40,086 nucleotides of DNA from a virus. Made by a program: the position numbers and the translations under genes. This document shows, in pieces, positions 34,461-40,086 of this stretch (position 1 is its first letter; each line of letters opens with the position of its first letter). The stretch is from the UHGV virus genome UHGV-0038373; one strand, written 5' to 3'. Under the pieces are notes generated by a model, which was not told the DNA's origin, searched no databases, and saw nothing but the letters and a program-made list of their open reading frames with translations.

Positions 34461-34937
34461 TTATTTTTCCTCCTCTACAATTTCAAATGTTACTTGTGCT
34501 TTTTTATTATTTAAACCATTTAGGATAGTACTATAAGTGTCACGTTTATCACCGTCATTATCATAAATATAATATGGTCCAAGTTTATCAACATCTAACT
34601 TACTTACTGATTTTATAACTTTATACTCTTTCCCTGTGGTCCACCATGAAACGTTAAGCTCATCATTGCAAAGTAATCTCATTCCTTCGTATAAATCTTC
34701 TTCTGTGTATTCCATTTCTTTTTCCTCCTTAATTAGTAGTTTAATATGTTTGTTGTCTATAATATACATCCCAATGACTTCATTGTCAAGATATTTGACT
34801 AATGTTTTATAGACTGGTTCATATTGAATATATGCTCCACGTGATTCCATTTCAAAACTTAGTGGTGTCGTTGTTGCGAAAACCAGTGTGATTTTTAGGT
34901 CATTGCTGATAATGTTAATCATATCTCTTAATTTCAT
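34461..34937 (-). CDS. early protein with the C-terminal shared 'GKEYKVIK...YYIYDNDGD' domain (158 aa)
   Basis: C-terminal region aligns with the N-terminal domain of the paralogue pair. Confidence 0.4.
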   Translation of the reverse strand: MKLRDMINIISNDLKITLVFATTTPLSFEMESRGAYIQYEPVYKTLVKYLDNEVIGMYIIDNKHIKLLIKEEKEMEYTEEDLYEGMRLLCNDELNVSWWTTGKEYKVIKSVSKLDVDKLGPYYIYDNDGDKRDTYSTILNGLNNKKAQVTFEIVEEEK

Positions 34938-35359
34938 ATTGTTTCCTCCTTAATTAATTTTATATTCATTATTACTGATTCAGGTTTTCCATTTACACGT
35001 GCTTTAGTTTTTACTACGTGGTTTCCGTTTGACTTACATATAGAAACCAGTGTTGGTATAAACTTTCTACTTGATAATCTCATGTTACTATATTCATTGA
35101 AACTTGTCAATAGATTATACGTTATTTCTTTTGCGCCTGTTTCAAATGTAATACACTGATTTAGCCAACATACTATGTTGTACATAATGTTTTCATCTTC
35201 TGACGGCTGTTTCTTTATAATTGGTATGTTGCTTGCTTTCTCAATGTCACGCACATTCAATGTGTAAGCTTTTGTTTTGTCCGTTGCGTCAAGTGAATCA
35301 ATGTAGACTTGTAATGCGTCAAGTGTATAAAATATTTTTGTTTCGTTTTTGTTTTGCAT
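34934..35359 (-). CDS. standalone homologue of the C-terminal (P4-alpha-like, putative origin-binding) domain of the primase-helicase
   Basis: 'SSRKFIPTL...KARVNGKPESVIMNIKL' aligns with 'SARKFVPEL...KKRVNGKPQYVLTNIKW' of the 29380-30960 protein. First gene of the leftward operon, next to the iteron region. Confidence 0.5.
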   Translation of the reverse strand: MQNKNETKIFYTLDALQVYIDSLDATDKTKAYTLNVRDIEKASNIPIIKKQPSEDENIMYNIVCWLNQCITFETGAKEITYNLLTSFNEYSNMRLSSRKFIPTLVSICKSNGNHVVKTKARVNGKPESVIMNIKLIKEETI

Positions 35360-35379
35360 ATTATTTCCTCCTTATGCTG

Positions 35380-35424
35380 TGGTTTACATTTACTATAGTA
35401 AACCATGTTGATTAATTTGTCAAT
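35380..35424 (-). promoter_or_regulatory. promoter region with perfect inverted repeat TGGTTTAC-N10-GTAAACCA, copy 2
   Basis: Inverted repeat at 35380-35387 and 35398-35405. TTGACA at 35423-35418 (minus strand). Confidence 0.5.
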
Positions 35425-35515
35425 AGATTTGATTAAAAACTTTTATACTATTTTGTATCAAATTTCCTATTTGGAAATTATGGTCATTAAAACTCCCTAA
35501 ACTATGCAAAATTAT

Positions 35516-35830
35516 CATAGGTGTTCTTCATTGAAGAACAGTATTGAACCTTAGATCCACAAGGGATTGAACCAAGTGTTCTTCATTGGAGGTCTTTTTA
35601 CTACTCACATACCAGAATTATATTTTATATTATATATTTTTCTACAGATAGAGTAGAATATATGAAGAACATGAAGAACACTTATAATAAAATAAGCTAA
35701 GAATGTTGGTTTATCAACGTTTATAGGTGTTCTTCATTGGAACATTTGGTTATTTTCAATGAAGAACATGAAGAACATGAATAACATGAAGAACACCTAT
35801 AATAAAATAAGCCAAGAATATTGGTTTCAA
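35516..35830. repeat. iteron cluster: about 10 copies of ATGAAGAACA / TGTTCTTCAT in both orientations, an internal 45-bp direct repeat, and an AT-rich tract; putative origin and/or divergent control region
   Basis: Palindrome TGTTCTTCATTGAAGAACA at 35523-35541. Tandem ATGAAGAACATGAAGAACAC at 35662-35681 and 35760-35797. Two copies of GAAGAACACyTATAATAAAATAAGCyAAGAATrTTGGTTT at 35672-35712 and 35788-35829. AT-rich 35615-35650. No ORF of 60 aa or more on either strand across 35416-35910. Confidence 0.65.
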
Positions 35831-35856
35831 TGATTAATCTATTCCCTAAACTACAA

Positions 35857-35872
35857 ATAAGTATGCTATAAT
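35857..35872 (+). promoter_or_regulatory. extended -10 promoter (TGCTATAAT) for the rightward operon
   Basis: gtaTGcTATAATat, about 35 nt before the RBS of 35911. Confidence 0.45.
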
Positions 35873-35910
35873 ATAGAAGTAAAGTAAAAACATATTAGGA
35901 GGAATTAATT

Positions 35911-36111
35911 ATGAATAAAGAAGTAGGAAACATCATTGCAATTGTATTAGCAAGTATCTTGGCACTTGGTTTGTTAGCACTGAACATCTATATCCTATGG
36001 GTAATTGTAGGCGTATTGTTTGCAACAGGTCACACTGTAATCGCATGGCTAGTTATTGTTAACATTGTATTCACTGTACTATTCAAAGCAACTAAACGAG
36101 GTGATAAGTAA
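35911..36111 (+). CDS. small two-TM membrane protein (66 aa)
   Basis: AGGAGG RBS, hydrophobic. Confidence 0.4.
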   Translation: MNKEVGNIIAIVLASILALGLLALNIYILWVIVGVLFATGHTVIAWLVIVNIVFTVLFKATKRGDK

Positions 36112-36365
36112 TGGAACATGAACTATATAATAAGACAGATAAGCAGTTACTAAAGAGTAACAAGGTAGACCTAGTGGCATACATTAGAACACTGGAGTGT
36201 ACTATTAACGAGTGGGAGGTATCTAATAAAGAAGCTGGTCCAGTCATTGATACAGAGTGCAACGCAATGCAATGCACAGAATGCACAGACCAAACAGTAC
36301 CACAGTACTTGACATCATATACCTTTAGTGATACAGTAACTAAGAAAGACATGTACTCATTCTAA
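36111..36365 (+). CDS. hypothetical Cys-rich protein (84 aa)
   Basis: Coupled ATGA overlap. CNAMQCTECTDQ motif. Confidence 0.35.
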   Translation: MEHELYNKTDKQLLKSNKVDLVAYIRTLECTINEWEVSNKEAGPVIDTECNAMQCTECTDQTVPQYLTSYTFSDTVTKKDMYSF

Positions 36366-36760
36366 TGTACAAGAAGTGCAAGGTTGCTTTGTGTAGAGAA
36401 TATGTAAAGCAACCAGAGGTCTACTGTGCTAAGCACAAAGGTAATACTGCCACACAATACAACAAGTATGTGCGGACCAATCCACAGAACAAAAGGTATG
36501 CAGAGTTCTACCAGTCAAGTGAATGGAAAAGGTTAAGACAATACAAGTTAAGTATCAATCCAATGTGTGAAGTATGTGAACGCAATGACCACACCAAGAC
36601 GCTTGCCACTATCGTCCACCACATGGAGGAAATACGTACACCAATTGGTTGGGAAAAACGTTTAGATATTAATAATTTAGAATCAATTTGCCAATCCTGT
36701 CACAACAAAGAGGACCACGCTCATTCCTTTAAAAATGCAGGTAGGGGTAACAAGAAATAA
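36365..36760 (+). CDS. HNH endonuclease, terminase-associated type
   Basis: 'CEVCERN...HHMEEIR...ICQSCHNKEDH' HNH/zinc-finger motif. Located directly upstream of the putative cos region and TerS, as in HNH-dependent cos packaging systems. Confidence 0.7.
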   Translation: MYKKCKVALCREYVKQPEVYCAKHKGNTATQYNKYVRTNPQNKRYAEFYQSSEWKRLRQYKLSINPMCEVCERNDHTKTLATIVHHMEEIRTPIGWEKRLDINNLESICQSCHNKEDHAHSFKNAGRGNKK

Positions 36761-36763
36761 TTT

Positions 36764-36835
36764 CAAGGGGGATAGCGCCAAAAGGGTGGGGAGGGTAGCT
36801 GAAAATTTTAACACCCCCCGTCAAAATTTTGGTGG
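36764..36835. other. putative cos region: locally G+C-rich (GGGGGATAGCGCC...GGTGGGGAGGG...CACCCCCCG) stretch with AAAATTTT palindromes, followed by TCAAAAC(A/T)G-type repeats up to about 37030
   Basis: Strong compositional anomaly in an approximately 35% GC genome. Lies between the HNH endonuclease and TerS. Repeats GTTTCAAAACAG / GATTCAAAACTG / CTGGTTTCT(2x) lie downstream. Confidence 0.4.
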
Positions 36836-37033
36836 CTACAATCGGAGATTCCTTCTCTTCACACAAAATTCTAAAAACGAAGTTTCAAAACAGCCTTTTT
36901 CCCTCGTAAAAAACGATTCAAAACTGGTTTCTTTCCAATAATATCAAACGTTTCACGCATTGTTTCATAATCTCACTAATACGAATTTCTTCCCTCATAA
37001 ACAGCACAAAAGCTGGTTTCTCAAACAACAGTT

Positions 37034-37046
37034 TTTGTGCTATAAT
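37034..37046 (+). promoter_or_regulatory. extended -10 promoter TTTGTGCTATAAT
   Basis: Same TGTG(C/T)TATAAT box as at 10595, 12749, 38090 and 38268. Confidence 0.5.
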
Positions 37047-37099
37047 ACTATCGGGGACTTTTCTCTTAAAATAAAATGTAACGTAAAGGAGGTTGACGA

Positions 37100-37273
37100 A
37101 TGCCAGCACCAAAACCTATTATGGTAAAAGATTTGCGAACACAGCAAACAAGAGCTTTTAAATCGCAAACAGAAGCAGATAAATTTTACGGTAAAAAATC
37201 AGGTTACTTCAAAGACATTAAAACTAAACTAGGTGGCAAGAATCGCCATTATGAAATTATTGAGGTGGTATAA
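37100..37273 (+). CDS. small basic protein (57 aa, below the track cutoff)
   Basis: AAGGAGG RBS 7 nt upstream. Stop overlaps the ATG of the next gene. Confidence 0.35.
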   Translation: MPAPKPIMVKDLRTQQTRAFKSQTEADKFYGKKSGYFKDIKTKLGGKNRHYEIIEVV

Positions 37274-37608
37274 TGAGTGAACAGTGGTCAAAAATAAATG
37301 GATATGATGGATACTTAATTTCATCATATGGTAATGTAGCATACAATGACGGAACAACTAAAAAGCCACTAAAGCCATACGCAAAGGATAATGGATATTT
37401 GAATGTAGACCTATATAAGAACGGTCAAAGAACAGGTAAACGAGTTCACATCTTAGTTGCGGAAGCATTTGTAAACGGCAAACAAGATGGATACACAGTA
37501 GACCACAAAGACCGCAACAGACATAACAACAAAGCAAGTAACCTAGAATGGAAATCAGTATCAGACCAAAACAGAAATAGGAAGAGTTGGGCAAAAGGTG
37601 GTGAATAA
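37273..37608 (+). CDS. HNH homing endonuclease (NUMOD4 plus HNH_3)
   Basis: 'INGYDGYLISSYGNV' NUMOD4 motif. 'VDHKDRNRHNNKASNLEW' HNH motif. Inserted between the cos region and TerS. Confidence 0.75.
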   Translation: MSEQWSKINGYDGYLISSYGNVAYNDGTTKKPLKPYAKDNGYLNVDLYKNGQRTGKRVHILVAEAFVNGKQDGYTVDHKDRNRHNNKASNLEWKSVSDQNRNRKSWAKGGE

Positions 37609-37610
37609 AA

Positions 37611-38084
37611 ATGGGTAGACCTAGAAAATTATTAAATGCCCAAGTTGGCAACCTTACACAAGAGCAACAATACCAACGGAAAAAGGAAGAAGAAAAGCTA
37701 ATGAACTTTGAGAAGTTAGACTTTTCATATTATCCAGCTGGATTGTTGCAACAAGCATATCATGAGTGGGAACGTATCTCACACTTTATTGGTGACCTAC
37801 CAATTTCGGAACTTGACCAACAAGCAATGGTTAGGTATTGTAATTATAGTTACCTATATTCAGAAATGGCTGAACAAGTTGCATATGAAGGACCTTTGAC
37901 AGAAGATGGAAAGCTAAACCCTAAAGTAACGGCTATGAACTCTTATTCTAAGGAACTAAAAAGCGCAACAAATGACTTAGGTTTAACTATCAATTCAAGA
38001 TTGAAACTGGTAGCACCAAAAGAAGTTGAAGATGAATCAAAAGACCCACTAGGTCAATTGCTTAAAATGCGCGCACAAGGTTAA
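37611..38084 (+). CDS. terminase small subunit (P27-family-like)
   Basis: 157 aa. C-terminal '...ELKSATNDLGLTINSRLKL' motif typical of P27-family TerS. Directly upstream of TerL. Confidence 0.7.
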   Translation: MGRPRKLLNAQVGNLTQEQQYQRKKEEEKLMNFEKLDFSYYPAGLLQQAYHEWERISHFIGDLPISELDQQAMVRYCNYSYLYSEMAEQVAYEGPLTEDGKLNPKVTAMNSYSKELKSATNDLGLTINSRLKLVAPKEVEDESKDPLGQLLKMRAQG

Positions 38085-38089
38085 CATTT

Positions 38090-38100
38090 TGTGTTATAAT
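38090..38100 (+). promoter_or_regulatory. extended -10 box TGTGTTATAAT just after the TerS stop
   Basis: Sequence match to the other late promoters. Confidence 0.4.
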
Positions 38101-38177
38101 GTATTTACAAGAACACGTAACGTGGCAAAACCCCTTCCAGATTATTTGTAGATTAGAATAATATTGGGCAGTATTAT

Positions 38178-38280
38178 TCAGGCGCAAGTTTGGCAGAGCT
38201 TGCGGACATGTTGACTTAGGTAAGTTTGTTATCCCCTTTGGATAAACTCATGACCTAAGTCTTTTTATTTGTGCTATAAT
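38178..38280 (+). promoter_or_regulatory. structured TerS-TerL intergenic region: hairpins (CGCAAG..CTTGCG; GACTTAGGT..ACCTAAGTC plus T run) fused to the extended -10 promoter TTTGTGCTATAAT
   Basis: The 216-bp spacer between terS and terL contains a terminator-like stem-loop at 38212-38266, followed by TGTGCTATAAT at 38268-38280. Confidence 0.45.
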
Positions 38281-38300
38281 AGAAATAAGGAGGTATACAT

Positions 38301-40028
38301 ATGAATAATATAGATTTTGTAGCTGATTATATCAATTATATAAAAGATAATCAAATACCAATAGGTAATAAAATCAAGCAAGCAATTAGACGACATGAAA
38401 AGGACCTAGAAAAATCAAAAGACCCAGATTATCCATACTATTACGACCCAAAAGAAACCTATGAACCAGTGGCATTTATTGAAATGTTACCAGACCCAAA
38501 AAGTAAAAAGACAAATAAACTAGCTAAGTTCCAGAAGTTTATTGTAGCATTAATCTATGGTTGGCGCAAAAAGAGTAATAAAATGCGCAGATTCAGAAAA
38601 GTATATATCAGTTTAGCACGTAAAAACGGTAAATCAATTCTGGTTGCTGGTATTTCATTATATGAGTTTATATTAGGACAATATCCAAAAGCTTCAAGAC
38701 AGATTGTAGCTGGCGCAAATACTAAAGAACAAGCTGGAATTGTATTCCGTATGTTAAAATCACAGCTTAAAGCATTGAGAAATTCAAGTGATAGTGTGCG
38801 TAAAATTACTAAGGTAAACAAATATGACATTGAACATTTAGAAGATGAATCAACTGTTAAACCTTTAGCAAGTGACGCAGATAGTTTAGACGGACTAGAC
38901 GTACTTTGCGGTGTATTAGATGAATACGGAGAAGCAAAAAGCACAGCATTAATCGAAGTATTAGAAAGTTCACAGTCACAACAACCACAAGGTTTAATTT
39001 TGATTATTAGTACAACAACTAAAAATCTTAATGGACCAATGCACAGCATAGAATATCCATTTATAACTAAGCTATTAAATGAAGAGGTTGAAGCAGACGC
39101 ATACCTTGCTTTATGTTGGGAAATGGATTCAATTGCAGAAGTTGACGACCAAGCCAATTGGATAAAATCAAACCCACTGTTTGAGAATACACAATTGTAT
39201 GAAACAATGTACGAACATAAGGTTAATTCATTGGCAGAGTATAAGGCTAAGGGTGACATGAGTGGTTGGCTAACTAAAGAAATGAATTTCTGGGTACAAG
39301 CTTCACAAGATAGTTTCATGGATAAAGAAAGCTGGGACGCAATCAAAGCAACAAAAGAATATGATATTAGAAAACGTCCTGTATTTATTGGAATGGACTT
39401 ATCACGAACAAAAGATATAACAGCGGTTAGCTGGATTATACCAATTGCAGAAGAAGAGAAGTTACTTGTAAATACACATGGTTTCATTTCATCAATTGGA
39501 GGTATTGAAAAGAAAATTCAAGAGGACAAAATACCATATCGCCAATATGAAAATGAAGGTATTGTTTCAATTAGTAAGTTAGAATCAGGATTGATTGACC
39601 ACGCGGACATGTGCGACTGGATAGTTGATTTTGTTGAAACATATGATTTGGACCTACAAGGTATTTTCTATGATGGTCACCAAGCGTCACAATCAGTCTT
39701 GAGATTAGCGGAAGTTTTCGGCGAACGGTATCTAATTGAAGTACCCCAACGTATACAGTATTTAAACGCTCCTACTAAGTATCTAAGAGACGCAATATAC
39801 AAAGGTGATATAATACATCAAAACAACCCACTACTCAATACAGCGATATATAATGCGTATATGAAAGAGTTTGCGGACAACATAGCAATTGAAAAGAAAA
39901 TGAATCGCAACAAGATTGATTCATTGGACGCTTTAATAAATGCAATGAGTGAAGCAATGTATTATGACTTTGGATATTCAAGTTTTGAAAACATGTTAGA
40001 GCAAGGTACATTTGGCTTTGGTGTTTAA
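38301..40028 (+). CDS. terminase large subunit (Terminase_1-type ATPase plus nuclease)
   Basis: 575 aa. Walker A-like 'SLARKNGKS'. Typical TerL length and position. The portal follows at the start of the window (circular permutation). Confidence 0.85.
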   Translation: MNNIDFVADYINYIKDNQIPIGNKIKQAIRRHEKDLEKSKDPDYPYYYDPKETYEPVAFIEMLPDPKSKKTNKLAKFQKFIVALIYGWRKKSNKMRRFRKVYISLARKNGKSILVAGISLYEFILGQYPKASRQIVAGANTKEQAGIVFRMLKSQLKALRNSSDSVRKITKVNKYDIEHLEDESTVKPLASDADSLDGLDVLCGVLDEYGEAKSTALIEVLESSQSQQPQGLILIISTTTKNLNGPMHSIEYPFITKLLNEEVEADAYLALCWEMDSIAEVDDQANWIKSNPLFENTQLYETMYEHKVNSLAEYKAKGDMSGWLTKEMNFWVQASQDSFMDKESWDAIKATKEYDIRKRPVFIGMDLSRTKDITAVSWIIPIAEEEKLLVNTHGFISSIGGIEKKIQEDKIPYRQYENEGIVSISKLESGLIDHADMCDWIVDFVETYDLDLQGIFYDGHQASQSVLRLAEVFGERYLIEVPQRIQYLNAPTKYLRDAIYKGDIIHQNNPLLNTAIYNAYMKEFADNIAIEKKMNRNKIDSLDALINAMSEAMYYDFGYSSFENMLEQGTFGFGV

Positions 40029-40086
40029 TTAGCACCCACAACGTAAGGGAAATATGGTATACTATAGAAGTAGTAGAGATACTAAC

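Noticed and set aside
17010-35359. Lysogeny module (integrase, CI/Cro repressor, attP) on the minus strand
   Set aside because: None of the minus-strand proteins shows tyrosine or serine recombinase or HTH-repressor features. The content is replication and early genes, so the phage is judged virulent.
35516-35830. Possible CRISPR array
   Set aside because: Repeats are only 9-11 bp, occur in both orientations, and lack regular 30-40 bp spacers. The pattern fits iterons, not CRISPR.
36735-36941. 68-aa ORF overlapping the HNH stop and the G+C-rich region
   Set aside because: No RBS. Arg/Gly/Asn-rich translation of the putative cos DNA. More likely non-coding.
38085-38300. tRNA gene or cos site in the terS-terL spacer
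   Set aside because: No cloverleaf-compatible sequence and no T-loop GTTCRANYC-like motif. The structure is better explained as a terminator plus extended -10 promoter. The cos site is more likely in the G+C-rich island upstream of terS. The spacer remains an alternative if end-mapping disagrees.
38555-39487. 310-aa minus-strand ORF inside terL
   Set aside because: Entirely antisense to a well-supported TerL gene. Ser/Leu/Cys-rich, typical of AT-rich antisense frames.

Overview
The window looks like a complete or nearly complete, circularly permuted genome of a virulent, low-GC, siphovirus-type dsDNA phage of a Gram-positive host. Its content is Firmicutes / lactic-acid-bacteria-like. Plus strand, 34-16920: portal, HK97-type prohead protease, HK97-fold major capsid protein, a standalone Ig/FN3-like protein, four head-tail joining proteins, major tail protein, gpG/gpT tail chaperones with a -1 frameshift, a 1295-aa tape measure with a C-terminal lytic-transglycosylase domain, Dit, Tal, and an XhlA-like / holin / signal-peptide amidase endolysin lysis cassette. 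Minus strand, 17010-35359: a leftward early replication module built from many separately promoted units. It contains NrdH-like redoxin, family-B DNA polymerase, SSB-tail protein, MBL-fold hydrolase, NUMOD4-HNH endonuclease, DUF3310-like protein, beta-class DNA methyltransferase, Prim-Pol primase, DEAH/SNF2-like helicase, VRR-NUC nuclease, D5/P4-type primase-helicase, and a block of small acidic, membrane and paralogous proteins. An approximately 500-bp ORF-free iteron-rich divergent control region at 35416-35910 is followed on the plus strand by small genes, a terminase-associated HNH, a G+C-rich putative cos region, a second NUMOD4-HNH, TerS and TerL. TerL sits at the window end and the portal at the window start, consistent with a permuted circular assembly. 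No integrase or repressor is visible. The strongest hunt finding is a 63-bp perfect direct repeat that starts exactly at the CCC-UAG termini of both the capsid and the major tail genes. It is a candidate +1 recoding site that would give both proteins the same 21-aa C-terminal tag, as in Listeria phage PSA/A118. Other findings: a duplicated early-gene cassette with palindromic promoter-operators, fused terminator-promoter units, a shared approximately 45-aa domain in four early proteins, a standalone paralogue of the primase C-terminal domain next to the iterons, and paired repeats flanking the lysis cassette.
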